Virus record (IMG/VR): IMGVR_UViG_3300042542_004122
Span: 1-64,000 of that record
DNA length: 64,000 bases
Origin: a virus
Reading direction: 5' to 3' (one strand)
Of this stretch, positions 1 to 8,795 are shown piece after piece. Numbering within the stretch: the first letter of the stretch is position 1; the number at the start of each line of letters is the position of its first letter. The position numbers and the translations under genes were made by a program. A model generated the notes under the pieces. That model was given only the letters and a program-made list of their open reading frames with translations, ran no database searches and was not told the DNA's origin.

Positions 1-137
1 TGATCCGCAACACCAACACATTCTTTCACAATCAACTCGGCAAACTTTTGCATTGTTTCAGAACCCACATACCAATGGTATTTGTGGTCCCAACCTGCCC
101 CAGCCTGTTCAGCAAGTTGTTTAATTCTTTCGTTCAT
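1..137 (-). CDS. small 'MNERIK..FAELIV.EC' family protein, runs off the left edge
   Basis: Manual translation MNERIKQLAEQAGAGWDHKYHWYVGSETMQKFAELIVKECVGVAD; same motif as the neighbouring paralogs. Confidence 0.7.
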   Translation of the reverse strand, partial: MNERIKQLAEQAGAGWDHKYHWYVGSETMQKFAELIVKECVGVAD

Positions 138-267
138 TTAATACCTCTCTACATTCTATCAACAGATCTCTCACAGCAAGATGATTGGCAAATTCTGGAT
201 TAAACAATCCTCCATTGGATAAGTATTCCGTAATACTATCTGAAAGCTCTTTAATTCTTTCGTTCAT
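121..267 (-). CDS. small hypothetical protein (MNERIKELSDSITEYL...)
   Basis: Manual 48-aa ORF overlapping both neighbours; shares the MNERIK start. Confidence 0.55.
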   Translation of the reverse strand: MNERIKELSDSITEYLSNGGLFNPEFANHLAVRDLLIECREVLNERKN

Positions 268-505
268 CGCTCATTCCAAAATGAAGTTTCAGCGCATCTG
301 CAAACATTTCGCTGGGCTTATAGTTTAGATTGCCCGGATTACGCTGATCCAAACAAACTTTTACACATTCTTTCACAATCAACTCAGCATAAATTCGATT
401 GTATAGATAAAACCAATCTTCATCATAGGGAAATTCTTTTTCTGTGGCCAAATAATTTGCATGTTCGGCAAGTTCTGTAATTAGCTCATTCATCTTGTTC
501 ATCAC
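251..505 (-). CDS. 'AELIV.EC' family hypothetical protein
   Basis: ORF track; YAELIVKEC motif. Confidence 0.7.
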   Translation of the reverse strand: MMNKMNELITELAEHANYLATEKEFPYDEDWFYLYNRIYAELIVKECVKVCLDQRNPGNLNYKPSEMFADALKLHFGMSDERKN

Positions 506-765
506 TCAACTCCAAAATGCTGTTTGATATCGTCTCTAATTTGCCACAATGCATCGTGCGTCCATTCGGCTGCCATCTCGCCCACAGCACTATTGCCTAC
601 AGGAATGCGATATGTTTCGATCTTGTCAACACATTCCCTGACAATCAACTCAGCAAAGATTTGATTGAACAAATCTTCGCGCGAATAGCCAGTTAGTCGC
701 TTCTCGTACTCTTTATACGACAGCTCCTGCGCCTTGTCAACCAAGGCTGAAAAACGCTCATTCAT
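502..765 (-). CDS. 'FAELIV.EC' family hypothetical protein
   Basis: ORF track; N-terminus near-identical to 1918..2181. Confidence 0.75.
   Translation of the reverse strand: MNERFSALVDKAQELSYKEYEKRLTGYSREDLFNQIFAELIVRECVDKIETYRIPVGNSAVGEMAAEWTHDALWQIRDDIKQHFGVE
630..760. repeat. about 130-bp direct repeat, copy 1 (copy 2 at 2043..2173)
   Basis: Direct comparison; about 3 mismatches. Confidence 0.9.
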
Positions 766-982
766 CTTGTTTCACTTCCCATGCCCAATGTATAACGATC
801 CAATCCTGTATGCAATCATCAGAAGAATAAGTGGCATCTACGTGTTCTTTACCAAACTTCTCACACATTTCTCCATACCAATATTCATAATAATCTCTAC
901 GAATATCTTCTTCTGAAACGGTGACTACATATCCACCATCAGGATGATCTGGATCGTATTCGTTATATGAAAAGTATCTCAT
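758..982 (-). CDS. hypothetical protein
   Basis: ORF track, coupled to neighbours. Confidence 0.7.
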   Translation of the reverse strand: MRYFSYNEYDPDHPDGGYVVTVSEEDIRRDYYEYWYGEMCEKFGKEHVDATYSSDDCIQDWIVIHWAWEVKQDE

Positions 983-987
983 TTGAC

Positions 988-1446
988 TTATATCTTATAC
1001 CTTGCTTCATATTCATTGACAGAAGCCATTGTGCAATTGCGAATATCATTTTGAAAATTTTCCACTCCTCGCGCACTAAGATCGTATTGATTTAATGCAT
1101 AGGCCAGCCTAGATGAACCAAAATAAACACAACACCAACCACGATGTTCAATAATGACTGTATGTGTGGTGGTTGTTTTTGCTCCACCCATACCACCATA
1201 GCCTAGAGCAGTGCTACCCCAGCTTTGAGGAAACATATGAACTTTAACCTCATCTTCAATGGGTCTTCTTTTAGTTTTAGAAGCCACCATTGGTTCGGTT
1301 CTAGTTTTTATTGCATCTTCTTTTTCTTTTTGTGACAGCTTTTTCCAGGCATCCCAATCACGATTTAGGTATTCAATATCGGGCAAGTCGCGATACAGAG
1401 CAGCAGCTAAAGCTGAACTAAGAATGGCAATGGGATTGTCAGTCAT
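988..1446 (-). CDS. hypothetical phage protein (FPQSWGSTALGYGG motif)
   Basis: ORF track, 152 aa. Confidence 0.75.
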   Translation of the reverse strand: MTDNPIAILSSALAAALYRDLPDIEYLNRDWDAWKKLSQKEKEDAIKTRTEPMVASKTKRRPIEDEVKVHMFPQSWGSTALGYGGMGGAKTTTTHTVIIEHRGWCCVYFGSSRLAYALNQYDLSARGVENFQNDIRNCTMASVNEYEARYKI

Positions 1447-1451
1447 TTACT

Positions 1452-1685
1452 TTATCCTTTACGAAGATTGCCTTCTACAATTTCTTTGATGTCGGTCAAC
1501 GCTTGTTTAAGTCCATCCATATCATTATACCCCCAAGTTTCAGCATCTTTAAGTAAACATAAAATTGCTTCGTTTATTATTGTTTCTAATGAAGGACCCA
1601 TTCCATCTTCTGGATTCCTTCTATGATAGTCATAGATATCAAATGCCTGCTCAGTTAGCAATTCAATTAGTCGCTGCTTATTCAT
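1452..1685 (-). CDS. hypothetical protein
   Basis: ORF track. Confidence 0.65.
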   Translation of the reverse strand: MNKQRLIELLTEQAFDIYDYHRRNPEDGMGPSLETIINEAILCLLKDAETWGYNDMDGLKQALTDIKEIVEGNLRKG

Positions 1686-1921
1686 TATTCAACACCAAAC
1701 CTATTCTTAATGTTTTGGACGGCAACACTAACAGTCCATGCGATGTCCTCATTTTCAGAGTTTGTTACACCAATCATAGCAATCTCAGAGATACATTCCG
1801 TTAAGATTAGCTTGGCGAACTTCTCAGGATCAAAGTAAGTCACAAGATGGTCGCCACTCCACTCTGTAGGCTCTTTAACGAGACTTAGCTCATAAAATTC
1901 TTTAATTCGTAGACTCATCAC
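1685..1921 (-). CDS. 'FA.LI..EC...FGVE' family hypothetical protein
   Basis: ORF track; FAKLILTEC and C-terminal FGVE. Confidence 0.7.
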   Translation of the reverse strand: MMSLRIKEFYELSLVKEPTEWSGDHLVTYFDPEKFAKLILTECISEIAMIGVTNSENEDIAWTVSVAVQNIKNRFGVE

Positions 1922-2181
1922 TCAACTCCAAAATATTTTTTGATCATGGTAGCACAATACTTGCTTGTAGATTCAGCCAATCGTGCCTTAGCAGGGGTAA
2001 AGGAGTATTTGTATGATTCACCTTCCATTTCGCAAATATCGGCACATTCCCTGACAATCAATTCGGCAAAGATTTGATTGAATAAATCTTCGCGCGAATA
2101 GCCAGTTAGTCGCTTCTCGTACTCTTTATACGACAGCTCCTGCGCCTTGTCAACCAAGGCTGAAAAACGCTCACGCATCAT
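1918..2181 (-). CDS. 'FAELIV.EC' family hypothetical protein
   Basis: ORF track, start trimmed to MMRERF. Confidence 0.75.
   Translation of the reverse strand: MMRERFSALVDKAQELSYKEYEKRLTGYSREDLFNQIFAELIVRECADICEMEGESYKYSFTPAKARLAESTSKYCATMIKKYFGVE
2043..2173. repeat. about 130-bp direct repeat, copy 2
   Basis: Matches 630..760. Confidence 0.9.
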
Positions 2182-2357
2182 GCCCTCTATCAAATCCATA
2201 AAGAATCTGCGCTAGCTGCTCGTGGTTCATCTTCTCTTCAAGAATATTGAAACATAGATCCTTGAAAAACACATACATATTTGTATAGTGTTCCAGCTCT
2301 TGCTCTAGTTCCTCTTTTGAAATCTCAAAACTAGTCAAGTTTTGAGAAATAGCTACG

Positions 2358-2603
2358 TCAATCTTTTTCACTAATAACCTCCATAGCAATCCGACGGTAA
2401 GCCTCAAATGCGAGTCTTTCCATCCAACAAACAATGCTGCCGGTGTCAGTTGATTTGGTAATAGATTCTATAAGATCGTGTGCGATACTGCGGAGATGAC
2501 AATCTCCAATAGCACCGTCACGTTCAAACTGTTCGTAGTCACGAATAATTTGAAGAACAATATCTCTTTCGAGATTTGCAACATGGTCACGTAGTATACT
2601 CAT
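2358..2603 (-). CDS. hypothetical protein
   Basis: ORF track, AGGA SD upstream. Confidence 0.65.
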   Translation of the reverse strand: MSILRDHVANLERDIVLQIIRDYEQFERDGAIGDCHLRSIAHDLIESITKSTDTGSIVCWMERLAFEAYRRIAMEVISEKD

Positions 2604-2665
2604 TTTATTTCCTATTTAAGATTAGCCAAAGTAATACATTTATATTCATAGTTACATTATCGCAT

Positions 2666-2699
2666 AAAAAAAGGAGTTTTGCAAACGCAAAACTCCTTT
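2666..2699 (-). terminator. intrinsic terminator
   Basis: AAGGAGTTTTGC/GCAAAACTCCTT hairpin plus T-tract on the minus strand. Confidence 0.75.
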
Positions 2700-2720
2700 A
2701 ATAGGTGTAGATTGACTGTT

Positions 2721-3188
2721 TTATTTAGACCACTGTTCCCAGAGGTTTATCAGCGGTTTGTTTGTTTTCTTAGCATATCTAACGCAATTTCCGGTGCCGC
2801 CGGAAGTTCCGTCCCATAATGCTAGGACCATGTCGCACTGGTCCACCATCCACTCGTTTCTGGTCTGCATCTTCCAGCCTGCATATGCGCCACTACATAC
2901 AGTCTTTACGGTGGAGGTTTTAGTCATAATCTCTTTATATCTAATACGGCTCTTCTCAGGCCAGAGGTCTTCCTGGCCTTTGAAGGGAATAGCCGCGACT
3001 AGCGGTATCTGAAGATCAATAGCTGCTTGAGCAAGAGCCTGATCCCAACCGATCGCCATACCAGATATTACCTTTGTAGGTAGGTTATCAGAGAGCCAAT
3101 CAGTGGCGAGACTGACTAGCTTCTGATAGACATCGTCCCCGTATCCGCCTAGTTTATCGGGCCGATGTCCTGTCCCGGCTACAATCAT
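2721..3188 (-). CDS. YspA/DUF1273-like SLOG family protein
   Basis: GTGHRP, ISGMAIGWD, RNEWMVD, WDGTSGGT motifs. Confidence 0.85.
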   Translation of the reverse strand: MIVAGTGHRPDKLGGYGDDVYQKLVSLATDWLSDNLPTKVISGMAIGWDQALAQAAIDLQIPLVAAIPFKGQEDLWPEKSRIRYKEIMTKTSTVKTVCSGAYAGWKMQTRNEWMVDQCDMVLALWDGTSGGTGNCVRYAKKTNKPLINLWEQWSK

Positions 3189-3520
3189 CGAGTCTGGAAA
3201 GCCTCGATGAGTTCAGCAAGAGAGCCCTTTGTAGCACCCTCGATACCAGTAAGTTCCTTACCAGTGAGCTTGCTTAGCTCTAGAACTAGCTCCTTCTTAG
3301 AAGGGCCATCCTCGTCGTTCTTCTTGCTCTTATCAGGAGCTAGGTAAACTCCCTCGCGAACTAGCTTCGCCCTGACGCTCTTTAGCGTCTTACCCATCTC
3401 CTGGGCAATTTCCTCGAGACTGTCGTTACCGCGCTCTTGGTAGAGTGCAATTAGACGCTCAGTCTGTTCCTTAGTGTAGTTGATCTGCTTCTGTGTCATC
3501 TGTTTCCTCTCATTCATCAT
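3185..3520 (-). CDS. T5 A2-like helix-turn-helix DNA-binding protein
   Basis: NYTxEQT...EIA...SVRAKL..EGVY pattern resembles T5 A2/D5 repeats. Confidence 0.6.
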   Translation of the reverse strand: MMNERKQMTQKQINYTKEQTERLIALYQERGNDSLEEIAQEMGKTLKSVRAKLVREGVYLAPDKSKKNDEDGPSKKELVLELSKLTGKELTGIEGATKGSLAELIEAFQTR

Positions 3521-3679
3521 AGATACATATTACTATAATCCAGACTAGGAGGCAAGGTCAAAATGAAAGTGAGTTGTCTTTATAGTACCCATAGTTTAGC
3601 TTTCTACCAATCTCGAAACTCTCCGTAAAAGGCGTGCCTGTCTGCAACATCTTTTAGTGTAACGGATTTCAGAGAATTG

Positions 3680-3898
3680 TCAAGGGCCTACCCAGTCGGG
3701 TGCGGCGAACGGATCTGCGGCAATAGCGCCCTTTTTCAGTTCACGGACTTGAGTTTGGAGGCGAGAGATCTCCTTGCGTAGCTCACCAGCCGCAGCTATT
3801 TCGTCGTTTCTTGATCTCCGCAAGCGATCATTTTCAACGCGCAGACTTTGCACTTCTTTACGAAGATGATCCAATATCTCGTATATAGGATCACTCAT
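3680..3898 (-). CDS. coiled-coil hypothetical protein
   Basis: Start trimmed to MSDPIYE, coupled to the DUF551 gene. Confidence 0.6.
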   Translation of the reverse strand: MSDPIYEILDHLRKEVQSLRVENDRLRRSRNDEIAAAGELRKEISRLQTQVRELKKGAIAADPFAAPDWVGP

Positions 3899-4155
3899 GG
3901 CTTGGCTTCCTTGCATGGAGGTGGCGGCAGCGGCATCCAATGGGTCGGGTTGAAATGCATAACTAGGTCCATGACATCGTCGGCGTAGAGCGTCCACCAG
4001 AGAGCGGATTCGCTCCATGACGCGACCTGAACGAAAACCCCAGCAGTCTGCATATTTTCGGTCCAGTCGATCGGACGGCCATCAGCGTCGATTGCCCAGC
4101 AAAGCAGGATGTCTGTCCCATCCCGTGGAGCGGTTTCAATCGGTTGCCAATTCAT
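3895..4155 (-). CDS. DUF551-like protein
   Basis: WQPIETAPRDGT...PTHWMPLP. Confidence 0.85.
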   Translation of the reverse strand: MNWQPIETAPRDGTDILLCWAIDADGRPIDWTENMQTAGVFVQVASWSESALWWTLYADDVMDLVMHFNPTHWMPLPPPPCKEAKP

Positions 4156-4427
4156 GTTATTTCTCCAGCTTGTTCTATAAACTCTACTAAAATATCTCCG
4201 TGACAGGAAAGAGGTTTACACCAACAACCCAGTCTAAGACCTTTAAGTGATAGTAAGTCCTCTCTAGTTACTCTACCTTCTCGTATCTCTTGTTCAAGAT
4301 ACTCTCTATATTTAGAGATAACCTGACGTCTGGATAGATGACCTATAGGGTAAGGATTACCCCAACGGGTGGATCTATCTATCTTGACATCATAGACATC
4401 GGTTCGGATATTAACTACTCTAGTCAT
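4152..4427 (-). CDS. DUF4326 domain protein
   Basis: RxTRWGNPY...LGCWCKPLSCHGD. Confidence 0.85.
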   Translation of the reverse strand: MTRVVNIRTDVYDVKIDRSTRWGNPYPIGHLSRRQVISKYREYLEQEIREGRVTREDLLSLKGLRLGCWCKPLSCHGDILVEFIEQAGEIT

Positions 4428-4762
4428 TCATCCCAAGGTAGGAAATTATCATAGTCATTAAGGAATGCCTGACCAGCTATGGTTGCTTCTTCCTGAGAAG
4501 CGAATAGAGACTTGGAAATCTCTTCTCCATTTTCATAGAAAGTGACCTGCCAAGTGTCATGATCTATGAGTTCTAGTAAAAAATCTTTAGACATTACTTA
4601 CTGCTTTTCGCAGAAACTACTCCGCCTAATACAAGAGCAGCCGCCCAAGTAGTTATACTATACTCAATACCCAGAGTAAATAGGGTATTGAGGGACCAGA
4701 TTAGAAGTAGCGGCCCAGCTACAATAGCTAATACTATAAAAATTAATACTAATACTTTCATC

Positions 4763-5038
4763 TTAAACCTCTACAAACTTATTCATCTTGAACTCACCGC
4801 CATCTTCCCAGATAGCAGAACCCTCAGGACTGCCATGACTCATCCAAAACCTAACCATCTTGCAATGCTTATGTTCCGACTTGTCTTTCTGCATCCTGAA
4901 GCCGCGACAATTGCAACTCAGATAGTCTCGGCTCTTAGTATAGAGAATCTCATAGACTCCCTCAGGGGCCGCACTATCTTCAAAGTTGGCAATTTGAAAA
5001 CGGTTGTTCTGAATTTCTTTAATCAGATAAGTTGACAT
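4763..5038 (-). CDS. SWIM zinc-finger-like protein
   Basis: CNCRGF...HKHC. Confidence 0.6.
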   Translation of the reverse strand: MSTYLIKEIQNNRFQIANFEDSAAPEGVYEILYTKSRDYLSCNCRGFRMQKDKSEHKHCKMVRFWMSHGSPEGSAIWEDGGEFKMNKFVEV

Positions 5039-5173
5039 TCTTTTATTATACTAGGGATTAGTCTTGATTACTAGACATATTTCTATTTATCTTGTATAGA
5101 GTCTTGAAAAAAATATAAAACCCATATACAATTGCAAAGATTTCATCAACAAATGTACTATTTAGTAAAATAC

Positions 5174-5779
5174 TCAAATGTTGAATATATCTTTCCATCT
5201 TAATATCTTTCTTATCTCTTCACGAATTTCTTCAATATTTTCTGGATTATCAGATAATACGTGTTTAGTATCTTCTATAAATCCAAGATCTTCATACTCA
5301 AGGTCTAGTGAATATGAATATGGCAATTTTCTAAGATAGAAATCATTTCTCATTATTGCGGTTAAAGCATCTAGTAAAACTACTCGATCTATAGGTAGAT
5401 AATATTTTTCAGTAGTATCTCCTATATATTTAAAAAATTTTGATCTTTTTTGAGCTATATATAAACTAGAAATTTGTGCTACCTTATCTCTCCTACTTAA
5501 TCTTATTCTATAGCTATCCATGTCTAATAATTTTTCATACGGATTAAGATCATTTATTTGAATACCCATAAATTTAACTACATAGTTAGAGCTATTTTTA
5601 TAAGTTTTCATAAAATGTAATTTAAAGCTATTTATGCTGCCTATTGTAGAGTTAGTAAAAGGTTCTGAAAACACAGGTATTGAATATTTATTTCCTAGAT
5701 GATCTGCCAAAGCAGAAGACCCTGTTCTAAAATTAGCCAATATTACGATAGGAAAACGATCAACTTTGATATCTATCAC
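5174..5779 (-). CDS. sulfotransferase-like protein
   Basis: N-terminal RTGSS 5'-PSB-like motif, EPF, RRDKVAQISS. Confidence 0.6.
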   Translation of the reverse strand: MIDIKVDRFPIVILANFRTGSSALADHLGNKYSIPVFSEPFTNSTIGSINSFKLHFMKTYKNSSNYVVKFMGIQINDLNPYEKLLDMDSYRIRLSRRDKVAQISSLYIAQKRSKFFKYIGDTTEKYYLPIDRVVLLDALTAIMRNDFYLRKLPYSYSLDLEYEDLGFIEDTKHVLSDNPENIEEIREEIRKILRWKDIFNI

Positions 5780-6552
5780 AAACCCATTTCCTTTCTGATT
5801 TTAGTAGCACTAATACTAGTAATACTCTCATCAAAATGTTCTTGTTCTATCTTATATCCAACATCTCTACCATAAGTGATGTTAACAATATTGGGGACAG
5901 GATAGACGATATACCTATTATTATATAGGCTATCTAGATCTTTATAAATCCGTTCGGTAACTTCCTTGAGCAAGAAAGGATTTTTATCATCATGACAGTC
6001 TCTCACCATAATAGCAACCTGTCCAGTTTTTGCTATGGCTCTCTCAAAAAGAGCGCGGTGACCTTGATGCCAGGGCTGCCAGCGACCTAACATTTGAACA
6101 GTAGGTTTCTTCCAATCAAATGTAGGCTTATCGTTTTTTAAGATCTGTTCGGCCAAGAGAGGTGCCCATTTTTTAGCATCAAACTCTGATATTCTAAAAT
6201 CATAGTAACCTCTGCTGGGTTTTTCAAATATAGCATTAGTATCTTCAAATCTACCACTCTCTATAGTATCCATCCATATGACCCAGTCTGGACTGTATAT
6301 CTCTCTCATTGCTGAGAGAGGGCAGACAAAATCTGCTATCACATATGTAGTCTTAAAATCTCTAGCTAAATAGCTCATTCTCTGGGCTTGTCGTATTCTA
6401 CCAGCAGTAGAGAAGTCCCAGTCGTTAGAGTTCTTTCTAACCTCGTCTGCATTTAGCCAAGTGACACCGTATTTCGATAGTATATCTACAAGCTCTTTAG
6501 CTAAAGTAGTTTTACCAGAACCAGGGAGTCCCATTATTAATATTTTTTGCAT
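5776..6552 (-). CDS. adenylylsulfate kinase-like P-loop domain fused to an HxGH nucleotidyltransferase
   Basis: GLPGSGKTT, NADEVR, ADFVCP; C-terminal GRWQPWHQGH...ISATKIR. Confidence 0.8.
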   Translation of the reverse strand: MQKILIMGLPGSGKTTLAKELVDILSKYGVTWLNADEVRKNSNDWDFSTAGRIRQAQRMSYLARDFKTTYVIADFVCPLSAMREIYSPDWVIWMDTIESGRFEDTNAIFEKPSRGYYDFRISEFDAKKWAPLLAEQILKNDKPTFDWKKPTVQMLGRWQPWHQGHRALFERAIAKTGQVAIMVRDCHDDKNPFLLKEVTERIYKDLDSLYNNRYIVYPVPNIVNITYGRDVGYKIEQEHFDESITSISATKIRKEMGL

Positions 6553-6592
6553 ATAATTAATCCTAAGAAAAAAGGCAGGAGAGATCCTGCCT

Positions 6593-7072
6593 TTAGTGTG
6601 TTTGACGATAAAAACTGTGTCCGCCAATAGTTTCTATATATTCTATACGTCCAGTTTTAAGAGCGTGTTTGAACCAAGCTCTTGCACGTTTTGGAGTAAC
6701 ATTGTCAAAGTGGGTAGCACCTTGAGAAATGTCATTAGCATCTCCAGATAGAATTAGTCCTGCTATGGCTACACAGAATTCATATTCCATGCGGTCAAGC
6801 TTTCCTGCACTTCGTTGCTTCTTAGCGGTCCAAGAGAACTGCGGTTTCCCGTCTATCTTTTGATATACTATCTCACATGCTGATTTGTCTGCTTTCAACA
6901 TTCGATTGTATGTGACCAGGCCTACACGAAAGATACCTTCTGCAGGTTCTCCTCGAGATTCGTAATACATATTATCTGCCATACAACGAATGTCTTTAGC
7001 AGTAATATCCTTGCTTACGAAAGGTAAGGCTAAATAAGAAGCAATGATTGCTATTTTTAAGGTTTCAATCAT
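6593..7072 (-). CDS. SleB-like cell wall hydrolase (Hydrolase_2)
   Basis: YYESRGE, NR, QFSW, GATHF, IGGHSFY. Confidence 0.85.
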   Translation of the reverse strand: MIETLKIAIIASYLALPFVSKDITAKDIRCMADNMYYESRGEPAEGIFRVGLVTYNRMLKADKSACEIVYQKIDGKPQFSWTAKKQRSAGKLDRMEYEFCVAIAGLILSGDANDISQGATHFDNVTPKRARAWFKHALKTGRIEYIETIGGHSFYRQTH

Positions 7073-7129
7073 TACATCCTCACAAAAAATTAAAGGCTTA
7101 TCGAATGTAATAAGCCTTATTATTTATAG

Positions 7130-7158
7130 ATTATACTAAACTCAGAACTAGACAGCAA
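7130..7158 (-). promoter_or_regulatory. sigma70-type phage promoter TTGCTG-17-TATAAT
   Basis: Read directly on the minus strand. Confidence 0.7.
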
Positions 7159-7199
7159 GCATTAAATTTAATTAACTTGTTATTTTTTTATGGAAATAA

Positions 7200-7259
7200 G
7201 CGTTACTTTCGTGGTGCCACTCCGTGGCAGCGTTACTTTCGTGGTGCCGCTCCGCGGCA
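7200..7259. repeat. 2 x 30-bp tandem repeat with an internal hairpin
   Basis: GCGTTACTTTCGTGGTGCC(A/G)CTCCG(T/C)GGCA twice. Confidence 0.9.
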
Positions 7260-7477
7260 TCCAGCGACGTCATTTTACGGTCAAATCTATAAACGAGTTC
7301 TGACCTATTAATAGGTATAAAGATCTATTTGATATATCCGATATCCCTCACAAAGCAACAACCTATTAGTATATAGGTTATTCTCTATATTGTTCCATAT
7401 GGATCAATATGGGAGATACGTTAACTGCGTCTGTGCAATCTATCACATATATTTATAGCACAATTTAGGTCTAGAGT

Positions 7478-8080
7478 CTAGTCTGAGATTTTCATAAAAG
7501 CTACCGTTCCATACTGGTAGTAGCTCATCCAATGACGCATCTGATCGGAGTAGATGAGAGTGAACGCATCTATCGCCATCTTGGGCGTCTCTAAGGGAGA
7601 GTGAAAATCTCGAAAGCCTAAGCGCCAAGCCTCCGTATTCTCTTTCCAGACATAGTCATCACAAATCATAACCCCACATTTAAGTAGTAGAGGCCAGGAG
7701 AGTACTAGGTCTCGGAGAACACCTTGAGCTGAGTGATCTCCATCAATGTAGATGAGATCAAACTGCCGTTTAATCTGATTGAGATGCAAGAGTTGGCTCC
7801 AGCTATCTCCTTTGAGCTTCGTAACCTTGTGTTGGTATGGCTCTACATTCCGATCAAACTGTGCTTCTACACTCTTGAAGTCTGCACCTTCATGCTGTGC
7901 AGTCTCTCTCCAAAGATCAATACAGGTCATATCCTGTGGCCGGAGGTGTTCTAGCATCCAACGAGTGCTCATACCCTGATAAGATCCCACCTCTAGGATA
8001 GAGATAGGAGACTTACAGAGAGGAGCGATTTCGTGTTCAAAAAATGGAATATTCCTATTCCAGGCTGTCATGGTTTCCAT
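7478..8080 (-). CDS. class I SAM-dependent methyltransferase (Methyltransf_24-like)
   Basis: LEVGSYQGMST, IYIDGDH, DDY. Confidence 0.85.
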   Translation of the reverse strand: METMTAWNRNIPFFEHEIAPLCKSPISILEVGSYQGMSTRWMLEHLRPQDMTCIDLWRETAQHEGADFKSVEAQFDRNVEPYQHKVTKLKGDSWSQLLHLNQIKRQFDLIYIDGDHSAQGVLRDLVLSWPLLLKCGVMICDDYVWKENTEAWRLGFRDFHSPLETPKMAIDAFTLIYSDQMRHWMSYYQYGTVAFMKISD

Positions 8081-8081
8081 A

Positions 8082-8693
8082 TTAGTAAAGATACTTACGG
8101 CCCCTGCGGTAATAAGGGCTTACCTTAGTAGAGGGGCTAAGACGAATAAATTCGTGGATTTGAGTTAGCGTATTATGCGTAGGTTCATAGCCATAGTTGC
8201 AGTATTTAACAAGACGGCCTAGGATCTTATCAGAATGCTTGAGCTTGTTAATAGTTAAGGTCTTAGTGTAGACATCTGAGACGGTCCAAAACCCAAAGGT
8301 GAACTCGTCTTTGTCAGGAGTGTAAGCACCCTGAGTTACCGTGAAATCGAAACTCTGGATAACATCATTTTCGTCGACGTATATCTGTTCCATTATTTGG
8401 ACATCTATACCATTACCGTTAAAGGTGCGACTCCACTCAGTGTGGGCAACTTCTTTAAAACCTGAACTGATAAGAGCAGTTGCTAGCTCCGTCTTATCCT
8501 GTTGGGAAAAAGTATAGATATCAATGTCTCCATCAATATCCTTCTTACCTTCTAGGAGAGAGCGAACGGCTCCACCGGCTACACAGAAATTACCGACAAA
8601 AAGAAATACAGGAAGCTTCTTAAGAAGAGAATGCTGCCAATCATAGACATGAGGCAGTCTCTTAGCGATATCTTTTAGGTTAATTTTGATCAT
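8082..8693 (-). CDS. nucleotidyltransferase (CCA/polyA polymerase head-like)
   Basis: AGGAVR, DIDIY, FDFT motifs. Confidence 0.65.
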   Translation of the reverse strand: MIKINLKDIAKRLPHVYDWQHSLLKKLPVFLFVGNFCVAGGAVRSLLEGKKDIDGDIDIYTFSQQDKTELATALISSGFKEVAHTEWSRTFNGNGIDVQIMEQIYVDENDVIQSFDFTVTQGAYTPDKDEFTFGFWTVSDVYTKTLTINKLKHSDKILGRLVKYCNYGYEPTHNTLTQIHEFIRLSPSTKVSPYYRRGRKYLY

Positions 8694-8795
8694 AGGCTAT
8701 TATCTCATAGTAAAAGGCCCCAGTCTACAAAATTCTTAATGTAGACTAGAGCCTTCCTACGTGGGTAGCGATATAATGCAGTACGAAATACTGGA

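Noticed and set aside
630-2173. DGR template/variable repeat pair
   Set aside because: Only about 3 synonymous differences, not confined to adenines of one copy, and no reverse transcriptase in the window.
7200-7259. Mini CRISPR array
   Set aside because: Two abutting copies with no spacer and no cas operon; the Cas4-like nuclease at 39.5 kb is a common stand-alone phage gene.
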